A stretch of DNA of 64,000 nucleotides from Felis catus (lineage: Eukaryota), in NCBI RefSeq assembly GCF_018350175.1, contig NC_058368.1, positions 90,274,001 through 90,338,000 of the forward strand, in the 5' to 3' direction. Every line of letters begins with the position of its first letter. Position 1 is the stretch's first letter. Under the pieces are notes generated by a model that ran no database searches, was not told the DNA's origin, and was given only the letters and a program-made list of their open reading frames with translations. The position numbers were made by a program, and so were the translations under genes. Below, one piece after another: positions 24,611-38,750 of the stretch.

Positions 24611-26789
24611 ACAAATGAATGTATGAAAGAATGGCCACCAAAATATTAATGGTGATTATCTTAATTTAGTAAAATTGTGGGTGATGTTTTTCTCTCCTGT
24701 TGTGCTTTTATATGTTGATTTTTTAATACAACATGAAGTACTTAATATTTTAAAGGCCATTTGAATTGTGGAAGATAACGGAAAGATGATAGTCACTCTC
24801 ACTCAATGTCTCCTTCCCAAGAATGTTGATTAAAAAAATTCCTATGCAACTTTAATTCCAGAGAAAAGTTTCTAGCAAATAAATTTATAATTATTCTTCA
24901 TTAATGAATTCTTTGAAATCTGTCCTATTTCCCTTTTGCATTTACCAAAAACTTACAGCCAAAATGAGATTGTCTTCATTTTAATTGCTGTTTCTAATTT
25001 TCTAGGTAACTTCATCCATTTGTAAGATAGTCTTCTGTATAAATAGATTTCCATCTTTTTACATGTGATTTGTCTGGAAGTTGATAGTAAAATTCACCTC
25101 TACGCATACTACCTACTATTATAGTTTACTCTTTTGACAATGTCACACTGAACTTGTATATAGTGATTTCAGCAAGACTTTGACCCAGTCTAGTCACTGG
25201 TGAAACCCTGTGGGCAAGATGAAGCCATGTGGGCCACGTGTAAGGGCAGGCACGTGGAACCCACACAGGCCCAGGCATGGCTGCCGAGCACCGATTCCTG
25301 CCCTGCTAGGGGCAAAAGCACGCCCGCCTCCCTCACCATGTTCTGCACAGTGACCCAGGGCTTGTACTCTTGCCTGAACTCTGAGGTCAGTCAGAAGTCC
25401 ACAGATCTGAGGTCACCCCCTTCTATTGTATGAAATACTGTTTAAATACTCAACCGTGACTAATTGTGCCTTAATTTTTTAACACTGCAAACAAATCTAG
25501 TGAATGTTGAGGCTTTGCAAATATAAACAGGTTGGTAGTCAAAGAAGCAAATAAATGCAAGACAAATATATTTGTACATATGATCTTCTCATACCCCTGT
25601 TTCGTAGTACCTCAGTGAGCAAGGGTAGTGAACTTCAGTTCCCAAAGGAGGTTTACCGCTCTGCTTCTTTATTCAGAAAACCTCGTTATATCCCAACATT
25701 TACCAGCTTTTATCTGTACCAGCCTATTTGTCCCTCAACATAAGAAAAGATAGTGTTTTTCATTGTTGTTCGAGGAGCAAGTTGTAAGATAAGGTAGATG
25801 ATGCAGGAGGATTTGAGCCAAATGGGAGGTCCAGCTAAGTATCCTCCACAGCTCCTAGATTCGGATTCATAGAACTCGTGCCCAAGGATCTGCCCGGGAG
25901 TGTAGTCCAGACGTTCAAGATTCAAAACCATCTGAACCGGAGGAAGTGTGGTAAAATAACTGAAACAAGTATAGAATCCTGTAGCACAGCCCAAGACCAG
26001 GAAGCCTGGCTCTGCAGCAGGCCCGAGTTGTCCCCACCAATGTTCCTGGTGAGCTGGTGGCCTCTGAGGTGCAGTGATAGACATTTATGAGCCAGATCAG
26101 AGGAATTGATGTTTTTATTTGACCCTCTTTTCAGTATTTCTGAGTTATCTACACACACTCTTTAAGAGGAACATTGATGTATTTCAATATAAAAGGATCT
26201 GAAAATGTAATCATCTTTATGTCTTGGGGGTGCTTGGCTCAGAAGAGCAAAGATGAGGGTGATGTGAGGGATGTATTTGAAGGGCTCCCACAGATGAGAC
26301 TAGCTGCTGTTTACTGAGTGCTTCCTAAGAACTTACTCCTGTGTGGAACTCTGTTTCTACCCAGGTTGCCCCTGTAACACTCACAATAGTCTCGTGATGA
26401 CTAACCAGTGCATATGGAGGGGGCTTACTGTGTAGTTCAGGAGCTCTGGAGACATCCACAGAGGAGAGGTAGAGTAACACCTAATATAGGAAAGAACTTA
26501 ACTGCCAATCAACAGTGTCCATCCATGACATGGGATACCTTGAGAGCTGGTGAATTACCAGAACCTGCTTATGTGACAGAAACCACAAGGCCGGTGCTGT
26601 TCAGAGGCAGACCCTGTGTCAGGTGCAAGTCTGAGGCTCCTTCCAGTTCTGAGAGTCCCTCTTCAGTTGTCTGTCCTTTCCTAGGAGGGATCAGAGCCCA
26701 AGAAGAGGTATTGCATGCCGTGCTGGCTGGCTGCCTCTTTTAGAACCTTAACTATCAAAACTATTTTAAAACTTTTTTTTTTTTTTTTT

Positions 26790-26997
26790 ACCACCTGCCA
26801 CTGTAAGAACTACATTTTGTATTGTGACATATTCACATGTGTATAACTGAAACAAGTTTCACAAACACCTCCCTTACTACATCCTTATTCTCGGATCTCC
26901 TCCCTGTACCTTGTTGTTGTTAATACTGGTCATGAATTCCCACATTGATTTTTACAGTCCAGTAATAGTCTGCAGCCTGCAGTTTGAGAAACACAGA
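26790..26997. mobile_element. Probable hAT-Charlie MITE remnant
   Basis: Ends ctgcagtttgagaaacacag, a Charlie-type terminus. Confidence 0.4.
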
Positions 26998-28842
26998 TCT
27001 AAAGAATTTTGGATTTCTGGTTCTCAACAGAATACCTTTTGCTTAGTTACACTGGAATCCATCTTCGATTGTTTTATTTTTCCGAGACAGCCTTCCTTAT
27101 AGCAATGCCAGCAAAGATTTGAACTTGCCCCCAGTTTGATAATGAATCCACCTCTTTCTCCTCTCAGCCACTCTGAGCCTGAGATATGTACACAAAATAA
27201 CCTAAGTGAGGCCCAGAGGAGCTGCGTGACCCCTGAGAAATGCCATAGGAAGAGGGCCTGGGGTTCAAGCCCAGCATTTCTGGGCCCACCTCTTTCTTTA
27301 CACTGCTGGTCTTTGCCTGCTCCAGTAAGCCATTTAAGGGCTAGAAATAATGTAGTGGAAGAGGACACAGTGGGCTTTTTAGAAATGTGATGGCACAAAG
27401 AAAGTTAAAGGCAGTGGGGACCCCTGATTGGACTCCCTCACTGTCTTTTTTTTCCCCCACAAGTACCTTTAACCTTCTTATAGCTACATTAGCTTATAGT
27501 TTCTTAGAAGAGCAAAATTAAGTTTAAAAATCTTGACTCACCCATTGAAAGTTCTCCTACCTAATACTTTACTTTTCTGAGGAAATTTTATAAAATCGGT
27601 ATGTGATCTTCAAGTGGACTGCGATGAACAGTGTGAGGTGGTAAGCGGCCTTCCTGCTGTGCCCCGCCAACCCTCCCCAGGCACGAGGCCCTGCCCTGCA
27701 GGGGCGCTGTGGGAATGGGGCTGTGCTGCACAGTGCTCAGGCTTAGGCACCAGTGGGAGTGATGGCAGAGCCTCTCGGTGTCACACAGACCCAGGGGACC
27801 TGCTGCCCCCACCCTGGGGAGTTAACAGAGGCTTCCTGGAGAGAGTCACTCAGGAACCAGGCCAGGCATAATTTAGGACACAAAGAGGAAAAAGCAGAGC
27901 TGGTTCAGGGAGTGGTGGGCTTGATGTGTCTGCTGGAGGCAGTAGGCCGACTACAGAATCTGGACTGTGCCCTTATAAGCAGTAGGTAATATCTGAGGCC
28001 TTTTGGCACAAAGATGATTCCTTAGAAGTTGCCTTGGCCTGGGAGAGACTGGAGGTGGGAGGTTAAGTGACTACAGAGCTGAGGAAGGAAATCCAGAGAT
28101 GCTGGAGAGTTGTGTGGTGTCCAGAGATTAAGCGGTTTGAAGTGTGGGTCTAGAACTGAGCAGAGAGAAAAGAGCACTACTAGAGACCAGAATCGGGGTC
28201 CCAAGGAAGCGAACCAGCCGCGCGAAGCTTCGGGAAGCTAGGCCCGTCCCACAGAGCCAGGCTGTGGAGGGGTGGTGTCCGCCCCAGGGCAGAGCAGGGG
28301 GCTTCCCAAGACCCCGGGCACCGTCAGACACCGGATTTAGGGACACGTGCACATACAGTCTGGGGAAGTCCCGTAAGAGAGCCACACGTCCCAGAAGTCT
28401 ACACTTCACAAATTTTATTTCAAAATAAACATAGATACTCTTGTCCCAGGTATAAAGGGGGATCCTATTTTAAAGAGATAGCTGCAGATTTCAGGACACT
28501 CAGCACCAAGAACTTGCATTCAAACCAGGAAAAGTTGTGAATTGTATGATAATCGTCCCTGCATTTTTAAGCAGGATGCTGGTTAGCCTGTGCTTTTCCC
28601 TGCGTTCCTTTTGGGGGGACTGACACATTTCTAAGGTGACTGAGCCACTTGACCACAGATCTGAAGCTGCTGAGTTCAGGAAAATGCTAATGGCTTACTG
28701 ACTTTCCCAAATGGGGCTGGGAAATGGTGGGGGACAGCCCCAGCCCACTTTTCAGTTAAGATCACTTTCTCCGTTATTTTAAAATATTGGCCACTCCCTC
28801 TTAACTAATTCTTGACCTCTTTTTTTCCCTTCTATTCCACAG

Positions 28843-28858
28843 GGTAGAGTGGTTTTGA
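28843..28858 (+). CDS. RNF130: RNF130 proximal terminal exon, coding part (E)VEWF*
   Basis: ctaat branch-like sequence, pyrimidine tract and ccacag acceptor. G GTA GAG TGG TTT TGA gives the canonical ...NANEVEWF end. Confidence 0.93.
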
Positions 28859-29055
28859 AGAAGAAAAAAAAAAAAAAAACTGCTTTCTGACTGATTGCCT
28901 TGAAGGAAAAAAGAACCTATTTTTGTGCATCATTTACCAATCATGCCACACAAGCGTTTATTTTTAGTACATTTTATTTTTTCATAAAATTGCTAATGCC
29001 AAAGCTTTGTATTAAAATAAATAAGTAATAAAATAAAAAGACCGTGCCATTGAGT
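28859..29055 (+). other. RNF130: RNF130 proximal short 3'UTR (end approximate)
   Basis: AU-rich sequence after the TGA, ending in clustered poly(A) signals. Confidence 0.8.
29011..29037 (+). terminator. Proximal poly(A) signal cluster (ATTAAA 29011; AATAAA 29016, 29027, 29032)
   Basis: Four overlapping or adjacent hexamers with a TGTA immediately upstream. Confidence 0.85.
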
Positions 29056-29359
29056 ATTTTTCACCCACCTGTGATTGATCGGAAGGCTGACCTGGAGATC
29101 ACATACCCCAGTTTCATTTATGTGTGTTTCAGAGACAAACTGTGCTCATGACTCCCCCACAGGAGGAGCAGTGATGCTGCTCCTGTTGGTATTTTCACAC
29201 TGGTTCCTCCTGGTGCCCAAATACGACCAGAGCGTGAGCACGTCCTGTGCAGTAATGCCCACTCAAGCACCCAGTGGGTTACTCCAGTAGACTTGCTTCA
29301 AGGTCACCATCCTCTCTGATAATCTCTTGCTCCCCCAGAAGAACATGGTTGATCTGCCT

Positions 29360-29492
29360 CCACTGGAACATCAGCCCCACAGCAACAGGGACATTTAGCT
29401 GTGTCGCTTGCCTCTATATCCCCCCGTGCCTAGTAGAGTGCTTTTTGCACATAGTAAGTGCTCAATAAATACTTGTGGGATGAAGGAATGAG
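29360..29492 (+). mobile_element. L2 3' end
   Basis: gtgcctagtagagtgc...cacatagtaagtgctcaataaatacttgtgggatgaaggaatga. Confidence 0.7.
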
Positions 29493-29864
29493 TCTATGGA
29501 AAATTTTCCAAAATACACACCGATGTGTAATAAATTATATCTATCCAAGGTGTTTTTCTCCCTAGTTTGTACAGTATTTTTTTTAAAGCAGCAAATTCTA
29601 AAAAGTTGGAGGAGAGCAGTTTTACAAGTGGAAATCTTTTTTGCTGTATTGACAAGAAGAATGTTAAAATAGTTTATGTTCTATTGAATCATATGCTTGA
29701 AGGATTATCAGTATGTGTAAACATTCTAAGCAGTGAATCCTCAACCTTTTGCATCAGTATGCCTGAGGGATGAGAATTTACTCCCAAATTCCCATCTGAA
29801 TTTGATCCCATCACTAATGGGTTCACTACAGCAGTCATTCTCAAATTGGTAAGGGGTTGAAGAT

Positions 29865-32800
29865 TTTTATCTACTTTGTTGAGATTTAATTCACATACCA
29901 TAAAATTTGCCCTTTTAAAGGATAAGCCATGTCAGTGGTTTTCAGTATATTCACAAGGGTGTGCAACCTTCACAAATGTCTAATTCTAGAACATTTTCAT
30001 CACCCCTAAGAGAAGCCCTATACCCATTAACAGTCACTGCTCACCCTGCCAGCCTGGAAACCACAAATCTACTCTCTGTCTCTGTGAATTTACCCATTCT
30101 GGACATTTCATATAAATAGAACTGTTCAATGTGTAGCCTTTTGTGTCTGCCTTCTTTCACTTAATATAACATTTGCAAGTTCTTCCATACTGTAGCATGA
30201 ATCAGTACTTATCCTTTCTGGCTGAATAATAATTCCATTGTGTGGATAAATATACCACATCTTGTTCATCCAGTAATGGACATGTGGGTTGCTTCTACCT
30301 TTTGTACAAGTTTCTGTGTGAATGTATCTTTTCAGTTCTCTTGGGTGTGTCCCTGGGAGTGGAATTGCTGGGTCATATGGCAACTCTAGAACTTGTTGAA
30401 AGACTGCCAAGCTGTTATCCATAGCAGTGGATAGCCCACCAGCAGTGTACAAGAGTTCCAATTTCTCTTCTTCCTCACTAACACATTATTATTATTTAAC
30501 TTTTTAAAAAATTCTAGCCCATTTCTAGTGGGTACAAAATGTCACCTTATTATTTGCATTTTGACTTGGTTTTAATTTGCATTTCCCTAGTGACTACTGA
30601 TGTTGGGCAGCTTTTCATGTGCTTGTTGGCCACTGGAATGTCTTTAGAGAAAGATCTGCTTGACTCCTTTGCCTGTTTTTTCAGTTGGATTGTCTTTTTG
30701 TGGTTAACTTATAAGAGTTCTTTATGTATTCCAGATTACTAGACTCTTATCTATGATTTGCAAATATTTTATCCTATTCTTTAAGTTGTTCACTTTCTCA
30801 GTGGTAACTTTCAAAATACAGGTGTTTCATTTTGATGGAGTCCAGTTTGTCTGGCTTTTTCTTTGGTTTGTGTTTTAGGTATCGTGTGTAAAATCATTGC
30901 CTGATTCAAGATGACAGGAAATTTAACAAGGTTTTAACAAAATTTAACATGAGTTTTATAGGTTAGTTCTTATATTTAGGTCTTTGACTCATTTTGAGTT
31001 AAAATTTGTATATGGTGTGAGGTAGGGGACCAACTTCATTCTTTTGCATGTGGCTATCCATTTGTCCCAGTACCATTTGTTGGAAAAAATTATTCTTTCC
31101 CCCATGGAGGTCTTGGTACCCTTGTCAAAAAACAGTTAAGCATAATATATGAGTTTATGTCTGGGCTCTCAATTCTATTCCATTCGTGTCCATTTCTGTC
31201 CTTGTGTCAGTATCACATGATATTGATTGCTGTTGCTTTGTACTAAGTTTTTAAAATTGGGAAGTGTGAGTCCTCCAACTTTGTTATTTTTCAAGAGTGT
31301 TTTGGCCCTCCAAGGCCCCTTGCATTTCCATATGAATTTTAGGATCAGTTTCTCAATCTCTGCAAAAATGCCAGCTGGGATTTTGATCAGGATTATGCTG
31401 AATCTGCAGATTGTTTTAGGTAGTAGTGTCATAACAGTATTAAGTCTTTAATCCATGAACAGAGGATGCCTTTTTATTTATTTAATTTCTGTAGAAATAT
31501 GATGGATTTTTTATTCTTGCAACCTTGCTGAGCTCATTTACTAGCTCTAATAGCCTTTTAGTGGATGCCTTTGAATTTTCTATATAAGAGGTCGTATCAT
31601 CTGCAAATAGAGATAATTTAATGTTCTTTCTGATCTGAATGCGTTTTACTTAATTTTCTTGCTTAATTGTCCCTGGCTAGACCCTCCATTAGTGGAATGT
31701 TGAATAGAAGTGGTGCAAGCAGCATCCATGTGTTTTGGGGGGAAAGCTTTCAGACTATCATCATTGAGTATGATGTTAGCTGTGGGATTGTCATAGATGC
31801 CCTTTGTCAGATTGAAAAAGTTCCTCTCCATTTCTAACTTGTTGAGTGTTTTTATCATGAGTTTTGGATTTTGTCAAATACTTTTTCTGTGCCTATTGTG
31901 ATTATTTTGTAGGTTTTGTCCTTTTTTGCATTAATGTATTACATTGATCAATTTTCATGTATTGAGCCAACCTTGCCTTCCTGGGATAAATCCCCAGGCA
32001 AGTGGTCACAGTGGGATTATGTTTTTATATGTTGCAGAATTTAGCTTGGTAGTATTTGCTGAGGGTTTATGCATCTGTATTCATAAGAGGTATGGGTCTA
32101 TAATTTTGTGATTTCTTTCTCTGGCTTTAGTATCTGTACTGCTGGCCTCATATAATGATTATGAAGTGTTTCCTCCTCTGCTGTTTTTTGAAAGAGTTTG
32201 AGAAGGATTGGTGTTAATTCTCATTTGTTTGGTAAAACTCACCAGTAAAGCCATCTGGCTCTGAACTTTTCCTTGTGGGAAATTTTTTGATTACTGGCTC
32301 ACTGTCTTTAGTTTTTACGGGTCTTTTCTATTTCTAGTTAAGTCAATTCCTATAGTTTGCATCTCTGTAGGTAATTGTCCATTTCATCAAGTTTATTTTA
32401 TTCATTGGCACATGATTGTCTATAAGGTTCCCTTGTAATCCTTTTTTATTCCTGCAGTGTAGGTAGTAATGTCCCCTCTTTCATCCCTGATTTTAGTAAC
32501 TTGAGTCTTCTTTCTTTTTTGCTTGGTCAATTCAGCTAAAGGTTTGCAAATTTTGACCTTGTCAAAGAACTAACTTTTGGTTTCATTAATTTGCCAATTT
32601 TTCTATTTTGTATTTAATTAATTTTTATTCAGATCTTTGTTACTTTCTTCTGCTGCTTGGTTTGGGCCTAGTTTTTTCTTTCTCTTTTTTTTCTCAAAGT
32701 GGAAAAACTTCAGCTCTTTCTCCTTTGTTAATATAATTATTTACAGCTATAAGTTTTCATTTAAACACAGTTTTGCTCATCAATAGGGTTTTGGTATATT

Positions 32801-33300
32801 GTGGGTTTTATATCAGTTATCCCAATTTTTTTTTTCTAGTTTCCCTGTGATTTCTCTTTTGACCCATTTGTTGTTGAGGGGAGTATGTTGCTTAAATGCC
32901 ACATCTTTGTGAATTGCCCAAATTTCCTTCTCTTACAGATTTCTAATTTCATTACATTGTGGTTGGAAATATACTTTGTATGATTTCAATCATTTTAAAT
33001 ATATTGAGGCTTGTTTTATTACCTAACATATGGTCTATCTTGGAGAATGTTCCATGTTCACTTGAGAGAAATACATATTCTGCTATAGGGTGGAGTGCTC
33101 CATAGATGTCTGTTAGCTCTAGTTGTTTAATAGTGTTGTTCAATTTTCTTGTTCCTCTTTTATCTTCGATCTAGCTGTTCTGTTATTGAAAGTGGAGTAC
33201 TGCAGATTCCAATGATTATTGTTGAATCTATTATTGTTTCTCCCTTCAATTATATCAGTTTTTGCTTTATGTATTCTAGGGCCCTGTTGTTAGGTGCATG
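29865..33300 (-). mobile_element. Old LINE-1 (L1M-type), antisense, ORF2 remnant plus 3'UTR
   Basis: Minus-strand remnants LPYDPAIPLPG, IEKLILKFIWK...GGLTLPNFK, HGTFSKIDHMLG; T-rich + strand. Confidence 0.9.
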
Positions 33301-35164
33301 AGTAAGTTAAAGGATTTTCAGAAGCCGCAGAGGTTATTTAGTACATCTTTATCCCTTGAGAGTCACTGGTTCAGTGGCTCTCCTGATATTTCCAGCCAAC
33401 TCTGTATGCTAGAGAATTCACCTGAGTGTTTAACTTTATTCTCTAGAGCAGGCTATGTTGAGGTTGGCTTCTTCCTCAATACCTACAAAATATTTTTTTC
33501 TTCTAGCAGTATTTTCATAAATTAGTAAGATAGTTCCTCCCCACCTCACTTTATTCCAGTAAAAATTAACCTAGTTTGTTCCCTTTGCTCTCCTTCCCAT
33601 TTATGGTGAGTTGTGATTTTCCTTCATAAGCAGGAGATGTAAGAGTGTTTAATGACAATGCTACTGTCTCTATTAATGTGCTTTTGCCTTTTCACATTGT
33701 TTCAAGCCCTAGCAGAGAGTAAGACTTTTTTTAAATAGTAGGTGCTTTTCAGAGCCAAATACAGAATTTTTACAAGAGCTAAGAAATGAAATGAGTGAAT
33801 TAACAGGATGGAGCTTTCCATCAGTCTTAGGAAAGATTTGTCATCTGCCATTGAAATTTGAACCTACCATTTTATGGCTTTGAAGTTTAACTTGCACCAT
33901 TAAGTTTTTATGTTTCAATTAGTCTTGGTCTCTGTTAACTCTGAAGGCGGTATGTTGTATATGTGTGCACGTGTTTGCACGTGTTATCCTTTACATGGGC
34001 TTTGGTTCCTTAGAATCAGAGTTCAAATTATCATCCAAAGGCAGTTGCTTATTTCTTCACAGTCACAGCACTACCAACAGTGAAGTCAGCTTTATGAATA
34101 GAAGAAATGTATGAAGTTGAGTTTACTTGTTTACTACTTTAAAAATTGTTTACTACTTGTTTACTTGTTTACTACTTTAAAAATTAGAAGATGACCAGAA
34201 ATTAGTCTGGAACAGATTGATATTTCACTTTGAAGCCCTTACTGGAAAACTTTGTAATCCTGAAGAATTAGGTGGTTTTTGCTTTTTGTTTTCTACACAT
34301 ACCAAAAGTAAAAAGTGTTTCTCAAGAGTTTTATTTCAAGGAAGACTCAGTGTTTACAACAGACAAAAGGTAGGTAAGAATACGGTCTACAGTCCAAAGA
34401 GTCTCCATAGGAAAGCAGTTCCCTGATCATCTACCTGATGGCTTCAGACATTTATAGCCACTAAAGCCCCATGGGATTAAATCTAATTTCTCTTCAGCCA
34501 GCTGGGTTGTAACTGTAGACTTTTTTTTTTTTTTAACTGTAGACTTTTTAAATAGTTGAGAAAAGATCCTGATGGTTCTTTTGACTTTTTATCTACAAAA
34601 ATATTCGGTTATGTTAAATTCCTTATCAGTACAGTTTAAGATTAGAACCTAATGGCAACAAATAGAACAAAGAATCCAGTCGAGATAGAAACTGCCATTC
34701 CAGAACTCTGCTGTGAAGCTGGGCAGGAAAAAAACTAGCAGCCCCAGATCTCCCAGGATGTGGCAGGCACTATGCTGAGTGGTTTACATACATGATAATC
34801 TTTATCTTGGGAACATCCCAATCAGAGAAGGGATAGTTCTTTCTTCTTTTGCAAATGAAGAAACTTAGAGAATATCCAGATACTTGGCCGGAGATTGCTC
34901 ACCTATTAAGTGGCAAAGTCAGAAACGGAAGCAGCCCAGGGATAACGTTCCTGACCACCAGCCACCCTCCAGCCCTGAGACCATTGGGCCAGCATTTGGA
35001 AAGTGTGCATGGTTCTCACTCTTAAGGAATTCTTAGGTTCAGGGAAGAAACAGGACCATGAACAGAGGGAACTATTTGAGGGCTGAGCTAGTGCATGCAT
35101 GCACGTACTCTTTCTGTGTACATGTGTGTATATACACGCACTTTTTAAAGTTAATGATTAATCA

Positions 35165-35320
35165 CAATAATAGCTAACATCTAGTGCTTACTATGTGGTA
35201 GGCACTCACTCTTTTAAGCATTTCACACATTAACTCATTTAATCCTTGCAACAACCGTTTTGTTAACCCCCATGTTACAGACAAGGAAACAGGTTTAGAA
35301 AAATCCAGTAACTTACCACG
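35165..35320 (-). mobile_element. MIR SINE
   Basis: aataatagctaacat...gtgcttactatgtg...ctcatttaatcct...ttacagacaaggaaacagg. Confidence 0.7.
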
Positions 35321-38148
35321 GCTGTGTTCTTAAACCCCATTCTGTTTTGCACCTCAGAGAAGCTCATCAAGTGGCAGGGCAGATCACGGGGCATCCTGAC
35401 CACGGGCCCTGTGTGCACAATGCTCGGTGGTAGGAAAGGCTGAGAAGTATGATGGCTGGGGTCAAGGACACAAGCAGGTGAGAGGGGTCCTGGGCTGTTA
35501 CAGACCGTGGCTTTTCCAGTCGGGAGCCTTAAGGAGGCTCATGCGTTTTTGGAAAGTGTGAAATAGATGCAGACTGGAACCTAAAATTAAATAAAGGGAG
35601 TCACTAAAGAAAGTAGGTAGAGGTGCCGGCTTAGAACAGCACGGCTCAGAAGCTGCTTTAGCACACAAGCCAGCAAGCAAGAAATAGGCTGGAAACAGGG
35701 CCTATGATGAGAAGATTCTAGAAACCCATGGGTAAGGAGACATCTAGGGAGAATTCACCCAGCACAGGAGAGAGCATCCGTACAGGAGAGCTGCACCAGT
35801 GCACCTGCAGACAGCTCAGAGAGGGGAAGCATTGTCTTTTCTGAGGAGTGGAAAAGGCAGGTAGAGGTCACAAGAGCCAGGGTGGCTGCCAAACCCGAGC
35901 ACAGGCTGAGAAGGAGGGGTAAAAGCACACCCCAGTGATGAAAAGATGCCCAGGATGGGTGTGTAAAATTGGTGGCAAGAGCCTGGCCAGTCTCTGAGGG
36001 GGCTCCAGGAAACTGAAGAGAAATCTAGTAAGTCTGCAAAACATATCCAGTTCCCTTACTCTTGTTTCCTTTACCTTCAAGGTTTTCATACAAGTTCCTT
36101 TTGAGGAAAATACATGTTGGTCTTGCTGACCGAAGGGAAAGGGGTTCTCTCACCCTGAGTCTCTGCCCTCTGCCTCAAGATGGCGCCCTTCCCTGCGGAG
36201 GCCACCCCTAAGCTCAGGGTGCAGAGGCAGAAGTGGAGCACTCAGCCCGAGGTGGCCCTGACGTGACCTCTCCTTCTGAGAGGCTTCTTTACACATGATC
36301 CCCACACCCCGCCACCACACACCACACACCACACATGGCTGAAACAAGACCAGCCTAAACAGGTGGACGGTGAAGGGTCTTTCAGAATTCAAAGGCACAA
36401 TTTACTTTTTTTCAGACCCAGAAAGGCCGAATTTCTAGCACCTAGCTTCTGGTGACTTGTGTAACCTAACTACAGTAGAGGAGAGCTGCATCTTAGGGGT
36501 TGGGGAGGTTTATAGAGGCAAAAACGAAAGCGTAATCCCAATGGCATTTGAAACATCATTCAGATCCCGGTGCAGTGCCAACAAGTGGGACCCGAGACTG
36601 CAAATAGCTACAAAACATCAGAGTCCTATCTCCACAGGGCAGGCGCTCCTGCTGCCAAGCAACAGGCAGAGTCACCTACACTCTTTAAACGTCATTTACT
36701 GCTAGGCAGGTATAAATGCCCCTTGGAACTCAGGCTCCCACATGGAACTGGGGTTCGGAGTGGAGTCCTCCTTAGCTGGGAGTCAGCACAAACAGCCAGG
36801 GACAGGTGAGGAGGTTCACAGCCACAGCACAGAGAATTTAGCTTCCCATGGAGGCCTGGCCCGGCTAAGCCTGGGGCAAGACACTGAATTTCCATTGCCT
36901 CTCTGCATACCTCACCTACTCTGCCAGCTCGATGAATGGACACACAAAGCAGGCAACCCCTGGGTGTTGAGGTTGACGTGATCTGCACCACGTTCAAATG
37001 TGCGGTCCAGCAGCTGGGCTGTGAGCCTGGACCAGCCCCCTTCCTGGCTGGGTCAGTCACATAGCCTCCTCCAGCCTCAACGTCTTGCCCCTGAGTTCAA
37101 GTCACAGTAGCAGCCATACAGAGCTGGGAGAGTGAGGACGGGGCTTGTGCAAGTGCCTGGCACATAGTATTCCCCAGTAGTATCTGTTGCTTCCTTCCGT
37201 ATATGAAAAGCACTGATCCCTAAAAAGTGCCTCTGGGTGTTGGTGATGGGAAAGCCTTGCACAGGCGTCCTCCAGCCCAAGGAAGGCCCCGCCCTGCTGA
37301 GGTTTTGCAACTGGTCTTCTGTTTGATGTTCTGTCCACTGGGCACCACTGCCTTTCCCCCCTGTTCAGCCAGCACTCACTCATCTTCCTGGAGGCTACAG
37401 AGGTCCCAGGCCCAGGTGAGAACTCTAGCAGCCTTTTGAAAAGACTCTTGGAAAGGCTGTCTTGCCTCAAGCACCAATTCCTGATTTATAAGAAGAAAGC
37501 TTTATGTGAAAATTCTAGTCATTTATCACTTTCAATAGGCTGCAGCCACCAGTAAGCCTAAGGCATAGTGATAAAACAAAGCTGCGCCAAGTAGGAGCAA
37601 ATATATCTGCCTGATCTGGAGATAGGGCCTGCAGCAGGGGACTAGAAATAAGGAGAAAATAGAACACGAGGGCTCTGGGAAGGGGGATAGGAGACCCCCT
37701 CCCGCCCTCTGGAGCCTCACTCCAAGGGAATTCTTGATGCCTCAGGATAAAGAAGACTTGAGCATGGTCTAATTTCTATAAGAAGGCACAAGGTACAGTT
37801 GTGTAGATTATACTGTAACATTAATTATAGGAACACGGGGAGGATTCTGTAGTGAGAGCAATCCTTATAATTTGCCGGGTCCTTCAGTTATCAAGCTGGT
37901 CTGTTGGTAATAGCATTCAAGTTGACTTGTCTGTCTTCACTGGTGTAATAATCTTTTTAGAATTTCTGGAAAAGAAAGAGAAGCAGTAGCAACGTTGTGA
38001 TTTTTTTTTTTTAATCAAAGTTGTTACCAACACCTTTGTAAAGTCCTTGGAAAGTTTTTAAATTTTAATTGAATTTTGATTGCCTTAGAAAAAGTATACC
38101 TTCTCATTTATTGTAGCCATTTCTTATACGGAATAAAAAGCTTAAATT

Positions 38149-38381
38149 GGTCAGGTTCCTGGGTGGCTCAGTTGGTTAAGTGTCCAACTTCAGCTCAGGT
38201 CATGATCTTACAGCTTGTGAGTTCAAGTCCTGCATCGGGCTCTGTGCTGACAGCTCAGAGCCTGGAGCCTGCTTTGGATTCTGTGACTCCTTCTCTCTCT
38301 GCTTCTCTCTCTCTCTCTCTCTCTCCCTCCCTCCCTCCCTCCCTCTCTCCCAAAAAATAAATAAACGTTAAAGAAAAAAAA
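38149..38381 (+). mobile_element. Felid SINEC
   Basis: Head, (CT)n/(CCCT)n tract, A tail. Confidence 0.88.
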
Positions 38382-38536
38382 CTTCAATCGGTCAATAGTA
38401 TTGCATCTAAGGAATTTGAATTGTACTAATTAATTAAATATATCGACTAAATGTAATTATATTGTTTTGGGGTTTTTTTTGCAGTTTGATCATAACTACC
38501 ATCTAAGGTATTTATGTGTTAAGAGTATAAAATTGT

Positions 38537-38689
38537 GGGGCACCTGGGTGGCTCAGTCAGTTAAGCATCTGACTTTTGATTTTGACTCAGGTCAAGATCT
38601 TATGGTTCATGGGATTGAGCCCCGCATCAGGCTCTGCGCTGAGCATCAAGCCTGCTTGGGATTTTATCTCCCTCTGTCTCTGCCTCCTC

Positions 38690-38732
<43 letters not shown>

Positions 38733-38750
38733 ACACATAAATAAACATTT
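38537..38750 (+). mobile_element. CAN/SINEC SINE
   Basis: TSD-like aagagta(t/c)aaaa(t/c)tg. Confidence 0.88.

Noticed and set aside
23922..29470. AATAAA hexamers at about 23923 and 29464 as RNF130 poly(A) sites
   Set aside because: They are standard parts of MIR and L2 3' ends, with no independent support.
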